DNA of 63,704 nucleotides, filler included, from Reticulomyxa filosa (GCA_000512085.1; 27 parts of 27 records of this genome joined end to end with filler, not necessarily neighbours in it), one strand, 5' to 3'. Shown: positions 1-12,453, counted from the first letter of the whole stretch. Notes: generated by a model not told the origin, from the letters alone. Translations and numbers: made by a program.

Positions 1-1336
1 AATGAAAAATGAATTTATGATTAAAAGAAAAGATTGGAATTTATGCAAATATCTTAATAATTTTATTGCCACATTCAAGAAATATAGTTTTCCATATGTT
101 TGATGAAATTTCTGTTTTAATTCATTCATTTGGCTTTTTTTCAAAGTTGAATGGTACCAATTGAGAGAAGAGCAATATAAATCAACACAACAGTCAAGTT
201 TTACACAAAATTAAAATCCATTTTACAGTAACTATAGGAAATGTTTAGTGTTTATTTTGTATTCAATTAGTACGAATTTGCTTCAACATGAAACAAATAT
301 CATTTACTATTATTTCAGTGGAATCAAATTATCAACATAAGTAGATCAATTGTTGTCACTTTTTATTGTACAATATATAAGCCATTCAAGTATTGAAAAG
401 CTATCATGATAAAAATATCTTATTGACAAATTTTAAGTAGAAATATTTCATCCAAGATTATGATAATACAAAATGAAAAAACTCGAATTTATTTCAAGAT
501 GAATGATCTATTGTTGTAAATCGAAAAGTAATTATATAGATAACATGTGATTTAATTGAACAAAATTTTGATGAAAATGAAATAATTTCAAGATATCTTT
601 AAAAAATCTTTCTCTACAAACAGCTGGTAGTTCAATTTTTTTGTTAAAAAAAACAAGAAAAATGATTGCTCATAATTGAACGTTGTCAAGTCTCCACTAA
701 AACAGAACTGCTGATGATTAAAACTTTTGTTGATTCTTTGGTTAACTACACAAACTCTTTCATCGCTCTCAAAGTGAATAATATATGTTTATTTTATTTA
801 ATTATTGAATTTATTAAACAACTAAATTGGCATAATGTACTGTACAAAAGCAACTGCATCTTAGTCATGAGTTAGCATTATTTGCACAAAGAAATTACGC
901 TAAAACTTGAAAATAATATAAACATAATATATTTTAGAAATATGTGATTCAGTACTATTGTTAGTAGGTGGCTAGATAGTATGTAACAAATCAAAGTAGT
1001 TGACAAAATTTGTGGTCGTTATACAATTATTCAACTAGGTGTCCAGTAACTTAAAATCAAGATGGAAAATGTCTTTGAAAAAAGTATGCACGTTAAAACT
1101 GCGAAAGTTGCACATGTAATATTAGAAATAATCTGAAAGTTTATCAGAACAAGAATTCATCCATGAATAAATTGGCAAAACCTCCATCGCTGGAACAATT
1201 GAACAATGTAGAATAAGTTGTAGTCGTAGAATGTAAAGTGACATGAATAAAATAAACTATTACATTAGCAAAATACTGCTTGTAACAGACTATCAAGCAT
1301 ATATGTTGCCCAAATGGGGCAAAGATGAAGGAATAT

Positions 1337-1535
1337 GTTGCAAGCCCACTACAGATGGCGGAACTCTAAATGTGCCGACGAGTCTCAGTGTGTTAGACTT
1401 CTCCAAACTTTCTTCACTTTTTTTCATTTTGTTATTATTATTCTTCTTTTATTTAATTTACTTTTGCTTTATTGAAAGCCTCTCTCAATAATAGCATCTG
1501 TCATTACCAGATTCTGCACCCGAGCTCTATACAAA
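1337..1535 (+). repeat. Dispersed repeat copy A (putative retroelement 3' region)
   Basis: Aligns by eye with 4475-4690: CAAG(T)CCC..TACA.ATGGC.GAAC, TTCTCCA..ACTTT(T)CTTCACTT, TTATTTAATTTACTTT(T)G.TTT(T)A.TGAAAGC..CTCTCAAT, AGCTCT.TACA. Confidence 0.7.
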
Positions 1536-1631
1536 GGTAAGTTCAATAAATTTTACATTAAAAAAATGTTATTTATGATCAATAGATACAAAAGAAAACT
1601 AATATGTTCTTATTTTTACATTGCAACAATT

Positions 1632-1731
1632 NNNNNNNNNNNNNNNNNNNNNNNNNNNNNNNNNNNNNNNNNNNNTTAATTAATTAANNNNNNNNNNNNN
1701 NNNNNNNNNNNNNNNNNNNNNNNNNNNNNNN
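1632..1731. other. Artificial contig-joining spacer (N44-TTAATTAATTAA-N44); first of 26
   Basis: The identical spacer recurs starting at approx. 1632, 7753, 9105, 10935, 12760, 14143, 15399, 18390, 21405, 26183, 27993, 29315, 31225, 33529, 36123, 37611, 40221, 50459, 52105, 53379, 54817, 56029, 57549, 59057, 60473 and 62572. The core gives stop codons in all six frames. Confidence 0.98.
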
Positions 1732-1813
1732 ATACATGTATATATGCATATATATGTGTACATATATATATATATGCATGTATATGTGTACATATATATA
1801 TTAATGAAAATAG

Positions 1814-2750
1814 TGCTTAGTGATGCTGAAACAAGAGCTGGACGAAGAACAGGTGATGCTGTGCTTGAAAATGATTGGACACTTTGCCGAGCGCTCGCAC
1901 ACGGCAGAGGAACTGGTAATCTGCTTGGCTCCTCAAGTCGTGGCACACACTCTGTGCCGACACAAACAGAATCGCGACTTGATGAAGCTGGGATTTGAAG
2001 CTCTGGGGAAACTCGTCAGCACTCGACAATGTGCGCAAGAACTGATGAAGTTACAGGTGAGGGATGATTTGCACGAGGTGTCCCCATCTCCGTCCATGGA
2101 TCCAGAACCCTCGACGACTATGGAGTTGATGAAGAGAATGAAAGAAATCATGGAGGATGGCATTGAAAATGGAAATTCTCAGTGCATCACCAATAGCTTA
2201 TCTTTTTTTATAAAATTGTTGCAATATGACGAAACAGCAATGCTCGTGGTTGATCATTGCATTCCGTTTTTATTTGAAACTATTAATCGCAAAAAAATTA
2301 GCAATATCGTCGCTTTGCTTACTGCTGATATTTTTGACCGCTTGACAAAAAGTAATCAAGACGTCTTGCAAGCGTTTTTGGAGTATGAAAATTGTTGTGG
2401 TTTTATCCTTGCGTTTATTGAGTTCAAATTTACACACAAACATAATATTTGTGTGCATGTTAACAAAACAAACAAACCATCCAAATTGTTGCATGATGCT
2501 TGATGTACTAACCGTAATGTGTGTATGTGTGTGTGGATATAGGGACCAATTACATTCAAATAGCATAGTGCTCCGTACATTGAATGTTTTGAAATATCTA
2601 AGTGATCAGTATAGTAAAGATACAAGGCGTCAGTTGAAGACAAATGTGAACCACAATTTGGAAATCCTTATGGCGGTTCAAAATAAATATCGATTTAATC
2701 ATGATATTCAAATAGTAACTAAACATTTGATGCAAACATTATCAGTTTAA
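1814..2750 (+). CDS. Helical (ARM-repeat-like) hypothetical protein, 5'-partial; exons 1814-2420 and 2543-2750
   Basis: Long ORF after an AG at 1812-13. A GT..AG intron (2421-2542) with a TACTAAC branch site joins in frame to the final exon. Amphipathic helical pattern; domain assignment is weak. Confidence 0.6.
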
Positions 2751-4474
2751 ATGAAAAATTTAGTCATCTTGGTGTGTGTGTTTTTTTAATTTTCTTTCTT
2801 TCTTTCTTTTTTTTTTGTTGTTATTTTCTTTAAAAATAATTGAATTGTTTTTTTTTTTTTTTTGTGCGTGTTTGTTTATATTTGTTTACGATTTTTTTAT
2901 TTTTTTTCGTTTTTGTTTGGAGTATCTATCCTCTAGTCCCCTATTTTCTTAAGGTTTGGGTCGCGTTTCCTTTTTAATGGTTGAGCTTGTTTGTGTTTTG
3001 ATCAAAGTAAATAGATGCAGTAATTTCTTCTCTTTATACTTTCTTATTTGAAACAAAGATTAACAAGCAATTTAAACTAAAAACATTATTGGTATGGTTT
3101 TTTTTTTTGCGTCTTATTCTGCTTTTTTTGTTGTTGATTTGAGTTTTAAGGATGGATTAATAATTTTTCTTCGTTCTCTAAACAAAAAAGTTAATAAACT
3201 TGGTCTTAAACATATTAGATATTCTTTTGATTCAATGAAATTTTCAGATTTTGTTTTTTTTTATCTCAATAAATATTCATTTGACAAGTTTTACAACCCA
3301 AAAGCTTTGTCAGAGTACCCCCTTTTAACAAAAGAAAAAAGTTTAGGTTTTTTTACTTCTCTTTAGCGTAAATTGATAAGATCAGTCGTTTTGTTCTTTC
3401 GTCTTTGATCTTTTTATGACGGTATACCAACAAACAAAAACGTCGACTGTTTCAGATACTAGATTTTTTTTATTAAACAAATGTTTCGAATTTCCGTGGG
3501 TGAAGGAAAACATTTACAGTTTTGTTTGGTTTTTTTATTAAGTGTTTGGTTTTTTTGATGACACTTGAGACCTGAAATGAACTAAAGTGATTAAACTTTT
3601 TTAGCGGAATTTGTCTGATCTTTTTTGTGCTTTGCTTGTGTATTTGTTCTTTGTTGGTATTTCAATGAAAACATGATGTGAATGCGTGTGAATAGAAAAC
3701 TAATAACAAGTGTGCAAGACTTCGCTCAATGTCCATGCAATTGACATATTTTTTTGGTGTGGTTTTTCGTTCTGCTTTGGTCGTTGCTGGTTTTGAATTG
3801 ATTTTTCCAATAGAATTTAATATTTTATATTTTGTAGAAATATTTCGCTTTTTTTTGCTTGGTCACCTGAAAATAAAATGAGGTGATATCTTCATCAAAA
3901 TTAGTCGTTCTCAACCGACTTCAGCCATCATCTAGTTATTATATTTTTAAAATAGGATTGTTAATAAGTATCATTAACAGTTAATTCTGAGATAGAAAAT
4001 TTAATCACTAACTAAAAATTAAGTTGGAAAGCAGATTTTCAACACGTAAATGATGAATAATTGGACTTTCGAAAGTAATATTAAAAGCGATTTTACAGCA
4101 AATCCTGTGCATTGAACAAACCAGAATGTTTATGCAATAGAATTTTAAAAATATAGCGAAATTTGCAAACATAGTAGACATTCATTGAAAAATATATGTA
4201 TGATTTGATGTTGTATGTTGCATAAGTTTCGTAGAAACAAGATTCTACGCACCACATATTCGACACAAATATATATTTTTAATACGCAAATCTTATATCG
4301 AAGTCTATTTGTTGTTTTTTTTTATAAATAAAAATTAGGCGTTGGAAGCAGAATAGTATTTGAGACCGGAATATCAAAAAAAAGAAAAGTAAGTTTGATT
4401 ATTTGTACTTTTTGTCTATTATTGAAAAGGGTTCGTCTGATGAATAGTTTTGTCGAAATTTTGAATGGAACTGT

Positions 4475-4730
4475 AGGCAAGTCCCTATTACACATGGCCG
4501 AACCCTTATGGAACTGAGGAACTCCCGTTGGGTTAAGTTTCTCCACCAACTTTTCTTCACTTCTTGTTTGTTTTCTTTTTACTTATTGAGTTATTCATTT
4601 TGGTTATTTAATTTACTTTGTTTTACTGAAAGCAACTCTCAATTCGAGTAAAACCTTTTCGTATTACATTTAGTGTAGCTCTCTACAGTAGACACCCCCA
4701 CAAAACCAAATTGCTTGTCAAAAGAAAAAT
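4475..4730 (+). repeat. Dispersed repeat copy B (putative non-LTR retroelement 3' end)
   Basis: Similar to 1337-1535. Ends with GACACCCCCACAAAACC plus A-rich sequence, resembling the terminus of the LINE at 15036-15398(-). Confidence 0.65.
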
Positions 4731-4835
4731 TATTTGCTTACGTTAAAAATACAGGCGCGTTAACGTCGTTTGCAGAGTGAACGGGGGAAAAAAAAGTTTC
4801 AAATAACCGTTTGCTGCATCAAGGAGAACGACACA

Positions 4836-5689
4836 ATGCAAACAGATAATAAACAACTATCACAAGTACACAAATACCAATTGCAAAAGGCTGCCAATGA
4901 AATTTGTGCCAAAGTGTTGGAAATACAGGTGACACTGCTCTTGTTCCAAGACAAACATAACAACGTACATTAATGGACAATAAACTTAACCACTGAAAGG
5001 ACAAACGAGAACGTGTGTGTCTGTGACAGGAAAAAGCATTAGATGACGAAATTGAGCGCTTGCAAAACGTGACACCGGAAGAAATGGCGGAACTTCGCAA
5101 AAAACGCTTGGACGATCTGAAACAAAAATCAGAACAACGAGAAAAATGGCTATCAAATCATCACGGAACAGTACAGACATTGGCAGACGAGAAACAATTC
5201 TTTGAAGTAATGAAATCTACCCAACACGTAATATGCATGTTTTTCAAGACAACAAGTAAATGGTGCCAAGAACTAAAGCAGCATCTATCATTGCTAGCTG
5301 AAAAGCATATTGAGTGCAAATTTGTCGAAATGGATGGAGAAAAGGCGCCTTTTCTGGTAGAAAGATTGAGTGTTACTATGATTCCAGCTCTTGTCCTTGC
5401 CAGAAACAACAAAGTCTGTTATTGTGAATTTTTTTAATTAAACCATCCCTTTCTCTCTTTATTCACAAAAAAAATAAATAATGTATATAACATTTTGAAG
5501 GTGGTAAAATTGTTACTCGGTTTGGATTGGGTTGCTCCTGACGGAAAACTTGACACCTTAAAACTGGAGGAGAAACTGTTTGAATATGGATTTTTCGAAG
5601 AAACTGTTTTGGGATTGGAAAAGCAACTGAAGGAGGTCAAACAAGAAATAGCACGTGAACGTGAGTCGGACAGTGACCTGGATCTTTAA
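4836..5689 (+). CDS. TXNDC9: Thioredoxin domain-containing protein 9 / phosducin-like protein 3; exons 4836-4928, 5030-5413, 5501-5689
   Basis: LRKKRLDDLK..W..HHG...L.DEKQFF...K....VIC.F......C......L..LAEKHIECKFVEMDGEKAPFLVERL.V..IPALVL is the PhLP3 pattern, followed by an acidic SDSD tail. Both introns are GT-AG and keep frame. Confidence 0.9.
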
Positions 5690-6070
5690 ATGAATTTTAA
5701 TGCACATAACTCTTTTGTTTTTTTGTTTTGTTTTTTTGGATTTGCTTTTTTTTTTTGAGATCGTCTGCAAATATCTTTGAGATATGGTTTCATCATTTAA
5801 TTCTGAATTTGAAACTTTGCACAAAAAAAGGGGGGTAGAAGACAAAACATTGAACCCTTTTTTTTTGGTCAGATTTGCCCTCCTAAGGATTGAATTTTCT
5901 TTCCCCTTTGGATACAATTTTTTTGAAAGTGCTAAATATTTATTCTCTCAGGTATTCATGCTATTTGGAAATTAATTGAATTGGTTTAAAATTGACAAAA
6001 GATATTTACTGCTACGCACATGTCATAAAACCAACAATTAGTCTAAGAAATTTTTTTCTTGTTGCGACTT

Positions 6071-6846
6071 TTATTTTTTTAAAGCCGCAGTGTACCTCTC
6101 GGCAACATTTTTCCAGTTGACAACTTTCCAAATTTCTTTCAAGTACTCTGGCCTTCGGTTTTCATACTTCAAATAATAGGCATGCTCCCAAACGTCAATA
6201 CCTAATAATGGGACAACTCCCAGAGATCCCACTGGGTCTTGATTGCTTGTGGTCTGGATTTTGAGTTGCTTGTCCGCTGGATCATACACTAACCATCCCC
6301 ATCCACTTCCTTGGACCGCTGCGGTTTTGGCATTGAATGTCTCTTGGAATTTTTCCACACTTTGCCATTTCGATTTAATTGCATTCACCACACTCTGAGA
6401 AGCATTTCCCTCAAAGTCTCCTCCTCCGTGTTTGACGGGTGCCAAATTTGTCCAAAATATGGAATGATTCACATGTCCACCACCATTGAATTTTATGGCG
6501 TGATCCAATTCTATCACCGCGGCAAGATCTTCTCGGGAAAGTGCATCATCTCGTTTTTGAAGACTTGTGTTTAAATTGCTTACATAGGCTGCGTGGTGCT
6601 GCAAAATTGCACACAAACAAACAAACAACATCGTTAGGTCAAGTCCGAACTACCTCTATCACCCTTTTTCTTTTTTTAAATACTTCTTCCAACTTTCGAA
6701 TGGTGCAGTTCCATTATGCGCGCGGGTAGTACGGGCTCCAAAGCCGAGTAGTCATAAGGTAAATCAGGGAGGGAGAATTTCTGAGCTGCGTTCGCAAACA
6801 TGCGGACACTTTGGCATGCTGGCAACACCAATCGACTCATTGTCAT
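6071..6846 (-). CDS. SOD2: Mitochondrial manganese superoxide dismutase; intron 6599-6693
   Basis: [19 protein letters not shown]|[27 protein letters not shown] and DVWEHAYY motifs, with an N-terminal targeting-like peptide. Confidence 0.97.
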
Positions 6847-7852
6847 TTTCTTTTTTTTTACAGTTTTTTCTGTTGAACTTTTTTTCAGTGTGTTCTCCAA
6901 CTAAAACGTTGCTGCACTCGGAAACAACGAGACCATGCCTGGACTCAAACAGTTTAATTTTCGAGCTTTGACCAAAATTTTTTAGAAATATTTTCAGTAC
7001 CGCCATACAGATTTCATTTTAGGTTCTGTGCTACGAAAAACTAACATCTCTTTCTTCCAATAAGTTGAACTACTGCAAATCCGACTTCACTCTGTAAAGA
7101 TACTTAAAAAGCTACTGCAGAACAAGACACTAATATCCCAAATAAAATAACGGAATACTACCTTGTAACAAACGTACCGTTCTTTTTTTTAACAGCTTGG
7201 AAAAGCTTAAATTTTTTGGGATTAGAACAGGATATCCATCTTTAACGTTTACCTGGCTTTAATCGCGTTCAATAATAATTTGAATTTAATTTGTAAAAGC
7301 GGTTCACAAGCTGAGAATAATGCAATTCTCACGTCTTTTTCTAGTGCTGGGTTGGTTTTTGTTATGGGCAAATGAACCCATGGCATCGTTTACAAGAAGC
7401 CCAAATCTTAGCCCATATACCTGTTCAGTGGAGATACCGCGGAAAAGAACGAAAGACGGGGGAGGGGGAGAGGGAAAGGGGAAGAGAAGAGGGTCTGTTT
7501 ATGTCGTTTTTTACGGGAAAAAATTGGCATGTTGACATATGTTGTAACTTGCACCAGATTACAAAGTGACAATAACAAATTCGAAATCCTCATATTTGTC
7601 AGGCATTTACGTAAAAAAACAAGCGCTAGGGATATATACCCAAGGTGGCTGTGGGAAACAAAACTGTACTAGCAATTCCTCCTGCTATTGGAATGGTACC
7701 CCTCATGCGATATTTTTTTTTTTTTTTTTATTTAAAAAAAAAAAAAAAAAAANNNNNNNNNNNNNNNNNNNNNNNNNNNNNNNNNNNNNNNNNNNNTTAA
7801 TTAATTAANNNNNNNNNNNNNNNNNNNNNNNNNNNNNNNNNNNNNNNNNNNN

Positions 7853-8344
7853 AACTACTTACGCATCAAGAAACGCTTTCCATTGTGCTGGAAGCATACC
7901 ATATCGGGTTGGGATTCCAAACATAAATCCATCGTATTCCAATAAATCTTCTATTTTTGCCAATGGATGTTCCTTTACGGAGGTTTGATCCACTGCATGC
8001 ATTTTTTTTAATACCTCTGCTGACAATGTTTCAGGTATTTGCTTAATGTGTACATCGCATCCTTACGTATTTTTTATAAGTACGTTATAACACACACACC
8101 TTTAGCAAAAGATAAATAAAAATAAAAAATATTTTCCATTGGTACAAACAAACCAGATTCTTTCAATCCAGCTGCTACCTCTACAGCCATCTGGCGAATA
8201 TGTCCCCATGTGGAGTAGTATAAAACTAATACCTTTGCTTTTCGCTTTAGTTTTATTAAAAGAGTGCACAAGTACACATCCATACTCAAGAACACTGTAA
8301 ATAAATAAAAAAAACAAACAAACCATTGTCAATGTTTGCTCCAT
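7853..8344 (-). CDS. wrbA: Flavodoxin-like NAD(P)H:quinone oxidoreductase (WrbA/Pst2 family), 3'-partial, multi-exon
   Basis: KVLVLYYSTWGHI..MA..VA.G, intron 8062-8153, then GCDVHIKQIPETLS.EVL.KM...L.EYDGFMFGIPTRYG..PAQWKAFLD. Exact start uncertain. Confidence 0.88.
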
Positions 8345-8374
8345 TTTTCTTTTTAAATCTCTTACGACTAACAA

Positions 8375-8862
8375 CAAAGAAGAAGTTCGTCAGTAGTGTT
8401 TTTGTAGGGTTTTCCCTTCGCTTGTTGTAACCAGTTCTAATCGTTCAAATCTGGTCACCGTATCGCTTGTTGCAAGTGATGTCATAAATGAAAGAGATGC
8501 AGACATTTGGACAGTTTTTTAATCCAAAATGCAAAGTTACTGAAGAGCTATGCAGATTGTACGAAGAAAGAAAAAGTATAATGAGAATAATACGCTCCCA
8601 TCCAAAATATTGAAATTAACAAACAAATAAGAAGGTTCGTTAGTAATAGTTTTGTAAAGTTTTCCCTTCTCTTGTTGTGTGAGTAACCAGTTTTAATCAT
8701 TCAAATCTGGTCATTACATTGCTTGTTACAAGTGATGTCATAAATGAAAGAGATACAAACATTTGGATAATTTTTTACTTAATGTGAGATTGTAAAGAAG
8801 AAAGAAGAAAGAAAAAAAAAGTGTAATACGCTTCTATTCAAAAATATTAAAATTACAACAAA
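8375..8862. repeat. Diverged tandem duplication (~245 bp unit) of intergenic DNA
   Basis: 8375-8625 and 8626-8862 share GTTTTCCCTTC, TAACCAGTT.TAATC.TTCAAATCTGGTCA, CAAGTGATGTCATAAATGAAAGAGAT and TAATACGCT...CAAAATATT.AAATTA. Confidence 0.9.
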
Positions 8863-9104
8863 CTTCGAATAGGTTTATCTTTTTTATTGTAAGGCATTAA
8901 TTGAACGAGTATGCCAGACTTGTGTAATCGTTGAATCAACGACGTAGCAGAAAAAACAGTGGAAGGAGTAAAAACTCCACCAGTAGTAGGTGGTTGCCGT
9001 TGATTGATATTACCTGCTCGAATGATATGTTTTTCTTCTAAAAGACATATAGCACTTTCAATACAAATCAAAGCAGTGCCATGATAACCACTGTCCGGCC
9101 CACA
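8853..9104 (-). CDS. SCCPDH: Saccharopine dehydrogenase-like oxidoreductase, C-terminal fragment
   Basis: GPDSGYHGTA...IESA.CLL.E......GGVFTPSTVFS.T.LI.RL.K.GI matches the SCCPDH C-terminus (GPEPGY..T...GGVFTPG.AF..T.L..RL). Confidence 0.8.
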   Translation of the reverse strand, partial: CGPDSGYHGTALICIESAICLLEEKHIIRAGNINQRQPPTTGGVFTPSTVFSATSLIQRLHKSGILVQLMPYNKKDKPIRSLL

Positions 9105-9204
9105 NNNNNNNNNNNNNNNNNNNNNNNNNNNNNNNNNNNNNNNNNNNNTTAATTAATTAANNNNNNNNNNNNNNNNNNNNNNNNNNNNNNNNNNNNNNNN
9201 NNNN

Positions 9205-9600
9205 GGAACAAAAATTCAGTATAATTTTACTTTTCATAATCACCAGCCCTCAGGAACGTTTTTCCCTTTAAAATGTAATTCAGTAATCCACCAACTATAC
9301 ATGTTGATCTAATTATTTATTTTTTTTTTGGATTAAAAGATTACAAATCAAAAACAGAAGGACATTGTTGGTTCAAACCGTTTGGTTGTAATCATACATG
9401 CGTTAACCACAATTTAAAACATTATCTAATTGCATATGATCAAAGCATATGAGAAAGAAGATGGTGGAATAATTTGTCTTAAATTTATTGTATTAAAAAA
9501 AAAAGAGAAAACAAAGAATGTCAAACATGATTTGAATTTGTGTTATGGTTCAATCAAAGGCCCCATTCGTATTTGGGGATAGTTTCTTTTTTTTGTCGAA
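9205..9600 (+). pseudogene. Decayed WD40-repeat sequence
   Basis: Remnants reading like EGH..W, IACGS and GS.KG.IRIWG, with stops and frameshifts. Confidence 0.45.
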
Positions 9601-10844
9601 CAAGAAATGAACGTGTTTTTGTTTGAAAAATTTGATTAAAGAAAAGTAAGTTGATATTAAACTTGTTTGATTTGGTTGAAATGCAACCATTGATGTGTTT
9701 TATCTTACTTTATTGTTTAAATATTCAAAAGATTGCGTTCAATGTTTTTTAAAAAGTTGAGCATAATAAGTAAAAAATTATTCAAATATCAAAATAAATT
9801 GCAGCATGTTTCAGGTATTGTATTTTTTGTATAGAATCGAATAAGATTGTCTTTGTAGTAATTTATGATATATACCTTTTCTATTGCGAAAAACATGAGA
9901 TATTATTAAAAACTTGAAATATCGAATATTTTAAAAGGATATAACGATAGATAACAAGTAAGGACAGTTCCTTTGATTAATATGTGTACTTGAAATGAGT
10001 TGCATTGATCAAAAAGTAAGAATATCGGTAATTTGTATCAATTAAAACACAATACGAAGAGAAAATGTGATCAAAAAATGCATTATACACGCACTATTAT
10101 GAAAACAATAACAAATTAGATAAATACGAAATAAAAGTATTTGTCCACATTAAGTATATTGAAATACATCACGATGACAAAACAAAGCATTTTTTCTTTA
10201 ATTTCACAAAATATCAAAAATCTTGTGTCGCAAAGACATTGACTGTTTAGAATAATTCCAGTTAGGAAACATTGAACAAGAAACCAATTTGGAATCTCGT
10301 TTCTTATGTTCTCATTAGATAATTTTGTCAACACAAGACATATCAAACCGCATTGCATGAACAGCATCAAAATACTCAAAACAAGAAAATATTATTAAGG
10401 ACAATATCTCCTGAGTCAAAATATAGACAATCAGTAATTCAAAAAATTGCAATGATTAAATATCTCAGAATAGTTTATGTTTAGATAATTCAATTAATTA
10501 TATTTTACAAAAATAAGAGATTTTGGATTCATTTAATCATTGATATTTCAAATTTAATTACTTGTATGGAATCACTTTCTCTTTTATTTTCGCTATAATT
10601 AATATTTATTTGATTATTTTTTGATCGCTCTGATCGATGTAATTTATTATTTGTTTAAAACTATTTATAATTATGATAAAATACAGACTTGTTGATTTCC
10701 TCAATTATTAAGTCAAGAAATTGATAAAATGATGCAAATTGCAATGACAATATATTAATGACGCATCACCTTAAGAGACTTGAAAAAAAAAATTACCAAT
10801 AATCAAATTACAGTAGGTTGCAAAGAAAACTGAACGCATAAAAC

Positions 10845-10934
10845 ATATCTTATGATGATAATTGATTTTATCAATGAAAAATCAACATTCAGACCTAATT
10901 TTTTTTAAAAATATCTACAAATCTTGTAGTTTTT
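10845..10934 (+). repeat. Dispersed repeat shared with 35610-35705
   Basis: TCAATGAAAAA..ACATT...AATTTTTT.AAAAATATCTAC.AATC.TGTAGTTT occurs in both places. Confidence 0.7.
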
Positions 10935-11103
10935 NNNNNNNNNNNNNNNNNNNNNNNNNNNNNNNNNNNNNNNNNNNNTTAATTAATTAANNNNNNNNNN
11001 NNNNNNNNNNNNNNNNNNNNNNNNNNNNNNNNNNAACATCTTTATACGTATATGTATTATTTATTTATATGTGTGGTACGTATTGCTTTAAATTTTTGAA
11101 TAG

Positions 11104-11535
11104 ATATTCAAAGGTGTGCAAATGGGGATATACAAGCCGTTGCTGTTAACATTGCTATTGGTGCTGAAGTGAATCTCCAGCAAAAATGACAATAGTAAAG
11201 CAATGGCGTGAATCGGTTATGGGCCATTGTGTTATGTTTTGCATAACGTATAATTTGGGGGGAAATGTAGAGGTCCATATCGTGTTCATGATTAATTGAA
11301 AGTATTGAGCTGGCAACCTATGTTTCCAAGTTATAATATTTTTTTTATAATGTGATTGGAAAACATTTAAAACGCGTATGATAAATACACATATATAACA
11401 TAGGGCTCCAAAGAATCCGATACCTGTCTGTTGAGCAATTGGAAAGTAAATGTGGTGGTTACGATGCCAACAAGCAAAGATGAAGTGAAGTCAAATAATA
11501 CCAAGTTGGTGGCATATTTGGTTGCAAGTGTTTAA
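11104..11535 (+). pseudogene. Possible ankyrin-like gene remnant
   Basis: After an AG: IQRCANGDIQAVAVNIAIGAEVNLQQ (ankyrin-like), then stops. A second exon-like piece lies at 11404-11535. Confidence 0.3.
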
Positions 11536-12453
11536 TACGCCTCAAATTTTGTTGTTTTTGTCCTAATTGTAATTTTTTTAAAATAATAATTGCAACATCT
11601 TTCTCCAGCTCACCTGACATCTTTGATCAAATTATGTTCATTGTAAAAAATTTCTGAATTTGCATTTTGACTTTCTTTTAAAATATTAAGATAGATTCGA
11701 TTGGTTTTCACTTGTGTCTTTGAAAAAACTAATAACTGAAATTAATTGCACGTGATAATGTGCAATAGACTCTCTATTGCTTATAGTTGTACAAAAAAAA
11801 AAAGAACATTAGATAGTCAATTCATGTCAAGTGCTCCAAAAGAGCCACGCTTAAACGTTGACTGTGCAAAATAGGAATTGATTGTTGTCATTATTCCTGG
11901 CAAAAAAGGCTTCGGGTGGTATCTTCTTGCCGTCATGTAGTAGTAAATGAAAAGAAGATACGTATAAAAGGTTTTAGAAAATAATTGAAAAGGTGACAAA
12001 GCAATGAAGGAAAGACATTAGAAGATTTGAGTCTTGGCATTACTTTTGTGGCTCAGGCGTTTGTAGTGGCATGGGTTTATGTGCACTAGTAAATATTTTT
12101 TTTCGTCACTATTTTTTTTAATATTCATGAAATTTGGGACCTCCAAATGCAAATTTCAGTTCACTTTTACCAACACTTTTGAAGGTGCTGCCACAAGCCC
12201 GAATAGCTTCAACAATGGCGGACGTACATATCAGTTTCAACTTTCTAGCATCGCTCCAATCCTACCTTGTTGTAGCAAATCTGGCAAACAACGAAATCCC
12301 GATTTGCCGAGTATGAATGGCTGCTGTTCCGCGCCGTGCACATCGTGATGAATGACACTGTTATGTTTATCTTGGCCAATCGTGACACCATAACAATAGT
12401 GTTCATTATTTTTGCCTTTTTTTTTTTAAAAAAAAATTTATTATTAATTTTTT

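Noticed and set aside
8062-8153. Other internal AG|GT sites in introns (WrbA 8098-8101, SOD about 6651-6654, cyclin 49521-49524)
   Set aside because: AGGT is expected by chance in a sizeable fraction of 100-nt introns, these lack a strong U-tract, and some sub-introns would be only about 40 nt.
6071-8344. Apparent oxidative-stress cluster (SOD next to WrbA)
   Set aside because: Separated by a spacer at 7753-7852, so on different contigs. TXNDC9 next to SOD is a chaperonin cofactor, not a redox enzyme.
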